Positions 1 to 9,072 of a DNA stretch of 64,000 nucleotides are shown in pieces. How positions within the stretch are numbered: position 1 is the stretch's first letter; every line of letters starts with the position of its first letter. The notes beneath the pieces are model-generated. The model was not told the DNA's origin. It did not search any database and was given only the letters and a program-made list of their open reading frames with translations. The position numbers and the translations under genes were made by a program. The stretch comes from Deltaproteobacteria bacterium (GTDB taxonomy: Bacteria > Myxococcota_A > UBA9160 > SMWR01). The DNA is taken from NCBI GenBank assembly GCA_032128375.1, contig JAQBGU010000143.1, positions 12,710-76,709 of the forward strand. Reading direction: 5' to 3'.

Positions 1-209
1 GAGGCTCATGTGGGGAAGCGACTGGCCTGTGGTCGATCTCGCTGGGGGTTTCGATCGCTGGAGGCAGGCGAGCCTCGAGCTGCTCGCGCATCTGAGTGAC
101 TTCGAATGTGCGGCCATTTTCGGAGGCAATGCCGCACGCTTCTATGCTCTGGATCCGGCCTGATGTCGGCCCCGCGAGCCGTAGCGTGCAAGTCACTGGA
201 GAGTACAAC

Positions 210-1124
210 ATGACTGACACACCCCGATTCAAGGGTATCTACTGCCCGAACGTCGTTGCCCTGAACGACACTGGTCACATCGATGAGCGCGAACTGCGGC
301 GTTACGTCGACTGGCTGATCGAGCGTGGCATCCACGGCCTCTACCCGAATGGCTCGACGGGAGAGTTCACCCGATTCACCGCTGACGAGCGCCGTCGCAT
401 CATCGAGATCGTCGTCGATCAGGTGGCGGGCCGCGTGCCCGTGCTGGCCGGGGCCGCCGAGGCCAATACCCGCGAAACACTGGCCGCGTGTGAATACTAC
501 GCGAAACTCGGAGCCGACGCGGTTGCGATCGTCTCGCCCTTCTACTACCGACTCTCGCCCGAGGGTGTCTTCGCCTATTTCGACGAGATTGGCCGCAACA
601 CACCGATCGATGTCACGCTCTACAACATTCCGATGTTCGCCTCGCCCATCGACCTCGTTACGGTGCGAAGGCTCGCCGATGCACATGCGCGCATCGTCGC
701 GATCAAAGATTCGTCGGGCGACGTGCCCTTCATGATGGCGATGATCGATGCCATCCGGCCGGCGCGGGATGACTTCGCATTCCTGACGGGCTGGGACGCA
801 TGCCTGCTCCCGATGCTGCAGCTCGGCTGCGACGGTGGAACCAATGCGACTAGTGGTGTGGCGCCCGAGCTGACCCGCAAGCTTTTCGATCTCGCGGTAA
901 CAGGTCGGTTCGAAGAGGCTCGCGTGGTGCAGACGAAGGTCAGCCAATTGTTCGACGCGTGCTTCGGCGCAGCGGACTTTCCCGAGGGCTTTCGAATGGG
1001 TGTGGGTCTGCGCGGCATCCCGGTGGGGACCGGTAGGACGCCGCGCTCGGCGAGTGATCGCGCAAACGACGAACGCACGCTGCGGGATTTGCGCGCGTTT
1101 TTGGAAACGGAGGGCCTTGTGTGA
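210..1124 (+). CDS. DapA/NanA-family (dihydrodipicolinate synthase-like) class I aldolase
   Basis: GSTGEF, LYNIP (Tyr) and IKDSSGD (Schiff-base Lys) motifs; ATG at 210 with GGAG upstream; GTGA overlap with the next gene. Confidence 0.9.
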   Translation: MTDTPRFKGIYCPNVVALNDTGHIDERELRRYVDWLIERGIHGLYPNGSTGEFTRFTADERRRIIEIVVDQVAGRVPVLAGAAEANTRETLAACEYYAKLGADAVAIVSPFYYRLSPEGVFAYFDEIGRNTPIDVTLYNIPMFASPIDLVTVRRLADAHARIVAIKDSSGDVPFMMAMIDAIRPARDDFAFLTGWDACLLPMLQLGCDGGTNATSGVAPELTRKLFDLAVTGRFEEARVVQTKVSQLFDACFGAADFPEGFRMGVGLRGIPVGTGRTPRSASDRANDERTLRDLRAFLETEGLV

Positions 1125-1450
1125 AGCGCTTCGGACAGACCCTGGGTGTGCGGACCGAATGCATCGACGAGTACCGCCGCCACCACGCGAAGATCTGGCC
1201 CGAGATCGCGCACGCGATCCGAACGGCCGGCATCCGCAACTATTCGATCTTCCTGCTGGGCGACCGACTATTGGCCTACTACGAATACACCGGTCCCAAT
1301 GACGAATTCACCGCGCGCATGCAAGCACTCGCCGCGGCTCCGCGGATGCGGGAGTGGTGGGACATCATGGAGCCCATGCAGGTACCCGATCCGCGGCGTG
1401 AGCCCGGCACCTGGTGGTCCGACATGCAAGAGGTCTTCCACCAGGATTGA
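1121..1450 (+). CDS. rhaM: L-rhamnose mutarotase family protein
   Basis: [12 protein letters not shown]...GIRNYSIF...WWDIMEPMQ...MQEVFH pattern, 109 aa. Confidence 0.88.
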   Translation: MKRFGQTLGVRTECIDEYRRHHAKIWPEIAHAIRTAGIRNYSIFLLGDRLLAYYEYTGPNDEFTARMQALAAAPRMREWWDIMEPMQVPDPRREPGTWWSDMQEVFHQD

Positions 1451-2132
1451 ATGCGTGTCGCAGATTCACGCCGCCTGCCCACTCGTGTCCAGCGCGCTGA
1501 TCGTGATTCGAAAGCGGGCGGCCGTCTGCGGGACGTGCCTGGTGGGTCGTTTCCCGATCCGGTTCGCGACCGGCGTCGGTCGGCGTTTCCGCAATCGACA
1601 GGCGCTGGTTGGCACGCAGCCGCTCGAACCGTTGGCGACCGCCGGATGGCCAGCGGATTTCCAGTTCATCCACGATCTGTTCAGCACCGAGACCGAAGTG
1701 GAGTACCTGTGAAGAACTCGCCAGGTAGCCTGCGCCGGCCGCAACCTGACGCACCTGGCGCTGATCGCCGATCCGCAGCGTCGCGATCGCGCCGACCGCG
1801 TCGCGGTTGCTCTGCGTCCCTTCCAGCTCGATCTGCAACCAGTTTCCGACTTCGCCGGCCCCCATCAACAGGACGGCTGGTCGATCGAGATTCTGCACGA
1901 CGAGATCGAGTCGACCATCGCGATTGAAATCCGCAACGGCGACACCGCGTCCGTCCTCGATTCGATTCGAACCGGTCGAGTAACCGACATCGACGAATTG
2001 GCCATCGCCCCGGTTCCAGAACATCGCGTTGCGCTCGTATCCGTTCAGCGACGCGTCGCCCACGTCCGTCGGAGCACCCGGCTCGCTCCAGGTCTCGGAA
2101 CGTCGACCGACGTTCTCAACGATGAGGTCCAT
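1365..2132 (-). CDS. C-terminal part of a CRTAC1-like protein (last FG-GAP repeat plus ASPIC/UnbV domain); in frame with 2133-3704 across a single TGA
   Basis: DFNRDGRLDL, GNWLQIELEGTQSNRDAVGA, GYLASSSQVLHFGLG, EIRWPSG; low-quality tail overlaps the rhaM 3' end. Confidence 0.85.
   Translation of the reverse strand: MDLIVENVGRRSETWSEPGAPTDVGDASLNGYERNAMFWNRGDGQFVDVGYSTGSNRIEDGRGVAVADFNRDGRLDLVVQNLDRPAVLLMGAGEVGNWLQIELEGTQSNRDAVGAIATLRIGDQRQVRQVAAGAGYLASSSQVLHFGLGAEQIVDELEIRWPSGGRQRFERLRANQRLSIAETPTDAGREPDRETTHQARPADGRPLSNHDQRAGHEWAGGVNLRHAFNPGGRPLACRTTRCRAHAADRVPAWAP
2095..2119 (-). promoter_or_regulatory. Candidate bacterial SECIS hairpin downstream of the in-frame UGA
   Basis: mRNA reads UGA-AUGGACCUCAUCG-UUG-A-GAACGUC-GGUC-GACGUUC-CGA: perfect 7-bp upper stem, GGUC apical loop 24 nt after UGA, bulged A and 3-bp extension. 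Confidence 0.6.
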
Positions 2133-3704
2133 TCATATGTCGTCTTCATTGGGGCCGGAAATGAATCCGTTGGCGCTGTAGAGGTCGAGTCGACCATCGT
2201 TGTCGAAATCGAGCCACACCGAGCCCCATGCCCATCCACTGTTTTCGGCACCGCTGCCCGCTGAAATCTCGCGGAAAGTACCGTCACCGAGATTCTCGTA
2301 GAAGCGATTGCCCCGGAACCACGCGCGAATCGCTTCGCGCACGAACGGACGAAACATCACGTCGATCAACCACGGTACGCGCTTCACCTGAAAGCCGGGG
2401 GCTTCGAGAACCCAGCCCGAACCCGAGTGCATTCCACCCACAAAGAGATCGAAGTCACCGTCGCCATCGAAATCGCCCCAGTCGGCGCTCATGCTCGCGA
2501 TAGGCTTGTCGACCCCTGCTGCGCGAGAAACCTCGACGAAGTGTGCGCTGCCGTCATTGCGGTACAGCGTGTCCTTTCCAAAATCGTTTCCGACGAACAG
2601 ATCGACGTCGCCATCGCCATCGTAATCTGCGGCCGCTGGCGCCAGCGACCAGCCGGTATTGCCCACTCCGGCCTCGTCTGTGAAGTCGCGGAACGTGCCA
2701 TCGCCATTGTTCAGCAGCAGCTGGTCCGGTTGCGCGTTGTCCGCTCCTCCCGGCGGATCCGGTGCGTTCCAGTACACATCCTCGTGATTCGCGAGAAAGA
2801 GATCGAGAAAGCCGTCGCTATCGAAATCGGCTGCGACCGCGCCAATCGTGCGTTCGGTGGTTCGGATTCCCCAGTTATCGACTGGTTCGAAGGCGCCGCC
2901 TACGTTGTGCAGCATCAGGGGCTGCGATTGTTCCACACCTACGAACAGGTCCCTTCGTCCATCGTTATCGAAATCGAACGGCAATACCACCGTGAGCACG
3001 CCGGGAAGCGGTTCGCCCAGGCCCCAAGCCGCCGATGCGCGGACGAAGTTTCCGCGCTGGTTGACGAACAGCTCGATCCGATCGCCCGACAACAGCAGCA
3101 CGTCGACCCAGCCGTCGCCATCGACGTCGGATGCAGCGACACCGGAACCGTAGATGAAGCGCTGCGGCACTCCGTTGGGATCCTCGATGAGCCGGCTCTC
3201 GTGTTGGAACCACAACCCGCACAGCCGCGTGTCGTCGACGAAGCGAGCAGCCGGTATCGGATCGATACGCACCTCGCTGCGATCGTCCTGCGAAATCCGC
3301 CATCCGGCCGGGTCGCGAACCAGACGCATTTGTTTCGGCTGGACGAGGCTCAACCGCTCACCATCGAGGCCGATTCCCTCGACGCGAAGGCTCGAGACAA
3401 CAGGAACCGGCCGTCGTTCGAGATCGATCGTTCCGATTGCGACGCGGGCTTCGCCGATCTGCCGAAAGCGCGCCATCAACTCGAGACTGGACGCCATGGC
3501 GCCCGAACCATCGATGAACAACGCAATGAGCTGGGCGCGATCGTTCGACTCGAGCGCTTCGGGATAACTGTGGTGAAGCAGCTCGTGAATCGGGTCGATG
3601 ATCTCGGTGCGGGTTTCTTGCCAGGATACGCAGCCAGCCAGAAAGATCGCAGCCACCCAAGTGAGAAGCCAGCCAGCAGCACGCCGCCGCGGATGCGAGA
3701 TCAC
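2133..3704 (-). CDS. FG-GAP/VCBS-repeat (CRTAC1-like) lipoprotein, N-terminal part; probable UGA read-through into 1365-2132
   Basis: Signal peptide with lipobox LAGC; multiple D-x-D-x-DG-xx-DL Ca-binding repeats; ends ANGFISGPNEDDI-TGA in mid-domain. Confidence 0.88.
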   Translation of the reverse strand: MISHPRRRAAGWLLTWVAAIFLAGCVSWQETRTEIIDPIHELLHHSYPEALESNDRAQLIALFIDGSGAMASSLELMARFRQIGEARVAIGTIDLERRPVPVVSSLRVEGIGLDGERLSLVQPKQMRLVRDPAGWRISQDDRSEVRIDPIPAARFVDDTRLCGLWFQHESRLIEDPNGVPQRFIYGSGVAASDVDGDGWVDVLLLSGDRIELFVNQRGNFVRASAAWGLGEPLPGVLTVVLPFDFDNDGRRDLFVGVEQSQPLMLHNVGGAFEPVDNWGIRTTERTIGAVAADFDSDGFLDLFLANHEDVYWNAPDPPGGADNAQPDQLLLNNGDGTFRDFTDEAGVGNTGWSLAPAAADYDGDGDVDLFVGNDFGKDTLYRNDGSAHFVEVSRAAGVDKPIASMSADWGDFDGDGDFDLFVGGMHSGSGWVLEAPGFQVKRVPWLIDVMFRPFVREAIRAWFRGNRFYENLGDGTFREISAGSGAENSGWAWGSVWLDFDNDGRLDLYSANGFISGPNEDDI

Positions 3705-3764
3705 GCCGGACCGCTGGGCATTTCCGAATCACGCAAAACGAACATGGGCGGCAGTGTGTCAAAC

Positions 3765-3781
3765 TTGCCAGCGTCGTGCCT
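3765..3781 (-). promoter_or_regulatory. Possible sigma54 (-24/-12) promoter upstream of the CRTAC1-like gene
   Basis: Minus strand AGGCACGACGCTGGCAA: GG-N10-GC spacing with a GGCAC core, about 60 nt before the start; imperfect match. Confidence 0.25.
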
Positions 3782-3810
3782 CAATCCTGGCCGGGGTCGC
3801 CAGGGGACAG

Positions 3811-6672
3811 TCAGGCGGGTGGAGACCAGGCGGGCGCCAATCTTTCCGCCGGCAGTTCGATCGCGAACCGCTCGTCCGCCGCGGCACTCGATCGCACGCG
3901 CTCGAGTGTGGTGAAAATTTCAGCGGTACCAGAAGCATTGTAGATCCGTAGATAGACGTCGGGGTTGCGCTCGAGCAGGTCGCGAAAGAGGTCCTCTGTG
4001 AATCGGATCTCGAAGCAACCCTCGCGATCGCTGGAGGTCTGCCCGAGATAGTCGTCGAACACGAGATCCTTGTCGTACGCGCGAACCAACAGTCCGGGCA
4101 GTGGACGGCCTGTGTTCGCTTCAGTCAGGATCCCGGAGATGCGAAACCAGCCCTCGCGCAGCGCGGGAAGCACTTGCGTCTTGAGCGGCTCTGCGGTGTG
4201 GAAAACCTTGACGATTGGGCGCGAGCCAGCCGGACTCAGCTCACCCACCACCCGATAAGCGTGAATCGGCTCCGCGACATTCTTGAGTGTCTGCGGCCCG
4301 AGCGGTTCCAACTCGAAGCCGGAACCGAGCCGCACCCGCGTCTGTTCCGTGATCGCAATTTCTGCACCGAGTGCGCCAACGCGCGCCGAGATGTTCGTCA
4401 TCGGGCCAGAAGCCGTGTAGGTCCAGCGATTGCCGCCGCGAGCGCCCGAGATCTTCGTCGCGCCGACCGACGCGGTGCCAGAATTGACCCCGATGTGCAT
4501 TCCGATCGGAATCTGGCCCTCGCGCTCGAGATTGATCTCTCGCGTAAGTCGCTGAATGCCAAGGGCCGCGCTCACGGCACTGCGCGCATGCTCGGCCGGG
4601 TCGTCATGCTGGAACAGCACCATCAAACCGTCGCCTGCGGTCTCGTTGACGTCGCCACCGTGGCGCAGGATTTCGTCGAGAAACGCTCCGAAGTAACGTT
4701 CTACGATCTGGTTGACTTCGTCCAGCGGAAGTTGGGAACTCAATCGCGTGTAGCCAACCATATCGGCGAACATGACGGATAGGTCCCTTTCGCGCTTGTC
4801 GAACATCCCCGTCGATTCTGGTGACTCCTCGATCAAGTCCTGCACGGTCTGGGGAACGAACTTCGCGAGATTGGACTTGATGCTCTCGAGAATCTGGATC
4901 TGTTTCAGGCTCGCGGAAAGGTCGTCGAACAACTTCGCATTTTGCAATGCGATGGCCGTCTGGTTGGTCATCGTCTGCAGCAGGTCGAGATCTTCCATGC
5001 TGAACATGCGTCCAGACTTCTTCTGCCCCAACGAAACCAGCCCGATCGTCTCCGACTGATAGGTCATCGCAATGACCGCTTCTGCGCCGAGTTGTGTGAA
5101 GTGGCTCTGGAGATTTTCGCGCGAGTCGGCGAAGGCCGGGTTCAGGTCTACATCGTGCCGGAAAATAGGGTTCTGGTCGTGCTCCAGGTGGGCGATCAGG
5201 CCGTCATCGAAGCGAATGTGGTCGATGCTGGGCCGCGCCCCTGAGGCCGAAAGCCCCAGCACGTCCGAAGCACGGTACTCCGCAGCCTCGCTGTCGGGCA
5301 GCAACAATACGCCGTTTTCGAGCAGCATCTCGTCGACGAGCGTGCCGAGAAACGTCGAGCGAACTGTCTCCGGGTCGAGAATACTCGTCATGGCTTCGGT
5401 GGCCTGGCGAATGGTCTTTCGGTAGTCGTAGCGGCGGCGGTAGAAGACGCTATCGACGAAGGCTTGCGACCGGCGGTGAATCGGTTCGAACGTGAAGGCG
5501 ACCACGAGCAGAAACGAGAGCCGAAACAGCGTCGTTTCGGAGAAATTCGCGAACGCGGTCAGGTTCAACAACGACAGCACGAGTCCGTAGCCGCCAATGA
5601 CCGCCGAACTCGACAGGATGTAGCCATACGTGCGACGCACCACAGTGCTGATTTCGAACAGGTCGTGGCGCGCGATCGCGTAGCCGATCGATAGCGGGAA
5701 AAAGAACAGGCAGACCGCGTACACGGCGATGAGATTCGGAAACACCGACACGCCGAACAGCAGGTTGGAAACCAGTTCGAGCGCCGGGATCAGCAGTGCG
5801 AGCGTCATCCCGGTCAGGATCACCAGCGACTGCAAGCGCACGGCGACCATCTGCGTCGTCATATAGTCGTAGACCGCCGACGCGAGGAACGCGACGACCG
5901 AGCCAAGCAGGTAGAGGTAGATCAGCGTCAGGAGCGTCGGCGGCAAGAAGCCAACCCAGGTTCCGTAGGAACGGGAAACCACTGCCAGTGTGAACGAGAC
6001 CAGATACGGCAGGAGCAGCCAATAGCGGCGCTCGAGCAACGCCGGCTTGCGTTGAGGAAACAGCATCGCGAGCGTCAACAGCGTCGCCGGCAACGTCGGC
6101 ACGATGAAGATCACGACGTTGTTCAAGAACTCCGGTTCGAACGCGTGATGGCTCGGTGCAAAATGCGGAATCATCACACCGAGCACGACCGCCATCGCCA
6201 AAAAAGCCCAACTCGGGCTGTGGAACGGCTTCATCGCGAACACGAGAAAACCGAGCGCGGTAATCGAGATGCCCAGCAGCCAGATGATTCCGCTTTGCAT
6301 GAACACCCGGCGGAACCCGAGCGGCCGGTTCTCGAGGCCAACGCTGAACGTTTCGCCGCTTCGCTCGACCTCGTAGACGTTGACCCGTCCAATCTCGTAA
6401 TCGAGCAATTTCCACAACTCGTCGAACGTCTGATAGCTCGACCCGTTCAGACGTACGATCTTGTCGCCGTCGCGCAGGCCGGCCTCTCGGCCGAGCGGGC
6501 GCGCGGTCGCAACTACGTTGGGCCCGAGCTGAACCATTGCGAACCAACCGCGGTCGGGTGCGTCGATCCAGCGGATCGCGTTGTAGAGGTAGGCGGCCTG
6601 GAGCAGCAGCGCGAACAGCGCCACGCCCCCCAGTACCCAGTATTGCAACTGCCGGGAATTCCCAGTCTTCAC
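3811..6672 (-). CDS. Membrane-bound class III nucleotide cyclase (PDZ - multi-TM - GAF - cyclase - C-terminal transthyretin/carboxypeptidase-regulatory-like domain)
   Basis: AGLRDGDKIVRLNG (PDZ); several TM helices; LGQKKSGRMFSMEDLDLL (GAF); FADMVGYT, ETAGDG, GMHIGVNSG, TNISAR (cyclase). GTG at 6672 overlaps the lnt TGA; ORF is open back to 6753. Confidence 0.9.
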   Translation of the reverse strand: MKTGNSRQLQYWVLGGVALFALLLQAAYLYNAIRWIDAPDRGWFAMVQLGPNVVATARPLGREAGLRDGDKIVRLNGSSYQTFDELWKLLDYEIGRVNVYEVERSGETFSVGLENRPLGFRRVFMQSGIIWLLGISITALGFLVFAMKPFHSPSWAFLAMAVVLGVMIPHFAPSHHAFEPEFLNNVVIFIVPTLPATLLTLAMLFPQRKPALLERRYWLLLPYLVSFTLAVVSRSYGTWVGFLPPTLLTLIYLYLLGSVVAFLASAVYDYMTTQMVAVRLQSLVILTGMTLALLIPALELVSNLLFGVSVFPNLIAVYAVCLFFFPLSIGYAIARHDLFEISTVVRRTYGYILSSSAVIGGYGLVLSLLNLTAFANFSETTLFRLSFLLVVAFTFEPIHRRSQAFVDSVFYRRRYDYRKTIRQATEAMTSILDPETVRSTFLGTLVDEMLLENGVLLLPDSEAAEYRASDVLGLSASGARPSIDHIRFDDGLIAHLEHDQNPIFRHDVDLNPAFADSRENLQSHFTQLGAEAVIAMTYQSETIGLVSLGQKKSGRMFSMEDLDLLQTMTNQTAIALQNAKLFDDLSASLKQIQILESIKSNLAKFVPQTVQDLIEESPESTGMFDKRERDLSVMFADMVGYTRLSSQLPLDEVNQIVERYFGAFLDEILRHGGDVNETAGDGLMVLFQHDDPAEHARSAVSAALGIQRLTREINLEREGQIPIGMHIGVNSGTASVGATKISGARGGNRWTYTASGPMTNISARVGALGAEIAITEQTRVRLGSGFELEPLGPQTLKNVAEPIHAYRVVGELSPAGSRPIVKVFHTAEPLKTQVLPALREGWFRISGILTEANTGRPLPGLLVRAYDKDLVFDDYLGQTSSDREGCFEIRFTEDLFRDLLERNPDVYLRIYNASGTAEIFTTLERVRSSAAADERFAIELPAERLAPAWSPPA

Positions 6673-8291
6673 GGGGCTGGCGCCCAACGCCCGCGTGCGA
6701 CTCCCCATCCGGGCAACAGAACCAGCAAGCCCGCGCACACTGGCGCCAACCAATCTCCGCGACGCGCGTAGAAGCTCAGCTGCGAACCCATAGGAACCCG
6801 GGCGATTGCATAGCCGACGGCGTCTTGTGTTTTTCCGGCCGGGTCGACGATCTGGTTCGTCGCGCGTCCATAGCGGTCGATCGCCGCAGAAATGCCTGTC
6901 GTCGCGGTGCGCACGATCGGAATTCCGGTCTCGATGGCGCGCAGTCGGGTCATCGCGAACATCTGGCGGTGTGCGGCCTCGGTGCGGGTGAAAATTTCGT
7001 TCGTGGTGCTGACCACGAAGTCTAGCCCCTGTGCGACTGTGCTTCGAAAACCGTCGGAAAACAGATTCTCCCAGCAGATCAGCACCCCGAATCGCATGCC
7101 AGCGATCTGGAACAGCGTCCGGTGGTCACCGGCGCGGACGTCGATACCGTCGCCTGCCAGCCATGGCGGCCAGTTCACCCGCTCGCGCAGGGGTAGATAT
7201 TGGTTGAATGGCAGCAGTTGGATCTTGTCGTAGTGTTCCAGGATTTCGCCGCGCGAATCGAACAGAAACGCGGAATTCGTGGCTGAGCGCTCGCGTCCGC
7301 TCGGGGCAGATTTGTCCTGGCCCGAAGAACCAACCAGTAAAGGGGTGTCGGTGTCCAACGCGATTGCACCGAGTTTCCGCACGAGCCCGGAGTCGAATGG
7401 AATGCTGCCGGGCACCGACGAAGCCGGCCAGACCACCAGCGCGACCCCCTCCGCGGCAGCGGCCGCCGTCAAATCTCGATAGGCGTCCAAGACCTCTCGG
7501 CGCCTCTCGGGCGCGTCCACGCTCCGTTGGTAGGCGCCCGCCTGAACGAATGCGACGCGCGCGGCCGGAGCATCGGCGGCGGGCTCGACGCGCGCAGCGC
7601 CCCAAACCACCGCGGCGGAGGCCAACAGCAGCGGCATGATGAGTTCGACCCGGCTGATCCGTTCGAACGCGGCGATGCTGTGCAATCGACGATCGATCAC
7701 CTCGGTGACGGCGGCAGCGAAGCCAAGCATCACGAAGGAAACGGCGAACAGGCCTCCGACGGATGCCAGCTGGCCGACCGGCGCATCGACCTGGCCGTTC
7801 GCGAGCATCCCGAACGGGATCGACACAAAGCCGAGGTGCAGCCGTGCGAATTCGGCACACGCCCAGGCGGACGCCGTGACCAGCCAACGTGCACCGCTGG
7901 GCGCGAGCTTCGACAACCAGGCCAACGGTCCGAACAGGCCAAAAAGCGCGCCCAACACACCGACGGCGAGCGTGTAGTTCGCTGCGTTCATGCCCCCGAG
8001 CGCGAGCAACCAGCGGATGTGAAATGCCCAGAAAACCAGGCCCGCCAATACCGCCATGCCGTACGCCGATACCGGCGTCCGCGCGCGGCGAATTGCCAGC
8101 AGCAGCGGTACGGGCGCCAGCCAGCCAATCGATGAAGCGACGCCAAGCGGAACGCTTGCACCCAGCCCGCACTCGAGCGCCAACCCGCTAGCGGCTGCCA
8201 GCGCCAGGTTGATCGCGACCGATCGCGCTCCGCGCTGCGATTGCCCCGCGATGGCGGTCGAAGCGGGAATGGCCGGGCTGGATGCACTCAT
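6669..8291 (-). CDS. lnt: Apolipoprotein N-acyltransferase (Lnt)-like protein with an atypical active site
   Basis: N-terminal TM bundle; nitrilase-fold motifs WP(A)SS, YDKIQLLPF, LICWE, RAIETGIPIVR, TGISAAID. Confidence 0.85.
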   Translation of the reverse strand: MSASSPAIPASTAIAGQSQRGARSVAINLALAAASGLALECGLGASVPLGVASSIGWLAPVPLLLAIRRARTPVSAYGMAVLAGLVFWAFHIRWLLALGGMNAANYTLAVGVLGALFGLFGPLAWLSKLAPSGARWLVTASAWACAEFARLHLGFVSIPFGMLANGQVDAPVGQLASVGGLFAVSFVMLGFAAAVTEVIDRRLHSIAAFERISRVELIMPLLLASAAVVWGAARVEPAADAPAARVAFVQAGAYQRSVDAPERRREVLDAYRDLTAAAAAEGVALVVWPASSVPGSIPFDSGLVRKLGAIALDTDTPLLVGSSGQDKSAPSGRERSATNSAFLFDSRGEILEHYDKIQLLPFNQYLPLRERVNWPPWLAGDGIDVRAGDHRTLFQIAGMRFGVLICWENLFSDGFRSTVAQGLDFVVSTTNEIFTRTEAAHRQMFAMTRLRAIETGIPIVRTATTGISAAIDRYGRATNQIVDPAGKTQDAVGYAIARVPMGSQLSFYARRGDWLAPVCAGLLVLLPGWGVARGRWAPAP

Positions 8292-8379
8292 CGGGTCGCT
8301 AGCTCGGCGTCGAATTCGACGTTAGAGCGGCTCCATCGTGGCGACCACGACGTCGAGAATCACCCATTGATTGGTGCCG

Positions 8380-8592
8380 TCATTGGTCGGCGTCGCTGGT
8401 GAAACTCGACGGGGCCACCACGAGACCAGCCGAGAACGGGAGGCCGGCGAGCGCAGGGATGACGCTATCGACGAAACCTTGGAAGTCGATGTGGACCCGC
8501 TCCACACGCGCGGTTGTAAGCGTCGCTGCCCGTAGCAATACAGCGGCTCCGATTGCGACTGCAGCCCTCACCTTGGTGGTCCGCCCGTACAT
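8380..8592 (-). pseudogene. Short secreted-protein-like fragment (signal peptide plus start of a beta domain)
   Basis: MYGRTTKVRAAVAIGAAVLL...HIDFQGFVDSVIPALAG, ends abruptly; AT-rich promoter-like region upstream. Confidence 0.3.
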
Positions 8593-9072
8593 GATTTTCC
8601 TGTGCCGTGAATTTGCGTCCCAGGTCGAAAAATCGGCCACAGTCCGCTCGTTGCTGGTTTCCGGGTGCAGCGCGCTCTGCGCGATCGTAAATACGTAGCA
8701 CTTTTACTACATTTTTGAACGAATTTAGTCAAATCCAGAAGCCGGTCCCAGACTTCGCTTACATCGCCCAAGCGTCCATCGCCCAACCGCATTCATGCCG
8801 TTCGATGTGATGTTTTAGCAACGCTTGTCAGTTCGGGTCGTACGGGATTTGTGGACGATCGACACCACAACGTTCGACACTGTTCGGCGGATCAGCACAA
8901 GACTGTCGATTGGCTCGCGGTGTCGCCGTTGGAACACCCGGTCGTCAGGATCACGCGCAATACAGGTGGCATCCTGGTTTTCGTGCTGCCAGGTCTGCCC
9001 CAACCGTTTGCGGAGTCGGTGTGATCGAAGACTACTTCGACATGTGACACTGAACGAGGTGCGCCCCTCCGG

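Noticed and set aside
2427..3914. Long antisense or alternate-frame ORFs (also 6-947, 10047-11387, 20802-22349, 24398-26104, 33132-35009, 46752-48488)
   Set aside because: Shadows of well-supported genes in high-GC DNA; Arg/Pro-rich with no motifs
8762..8790. CATCGCCCAA doublet, with GTCCATCGCCCAAC recurring near 59363
   Set aside because: Too short, with no matching partner arm or shared flanks; may be chance
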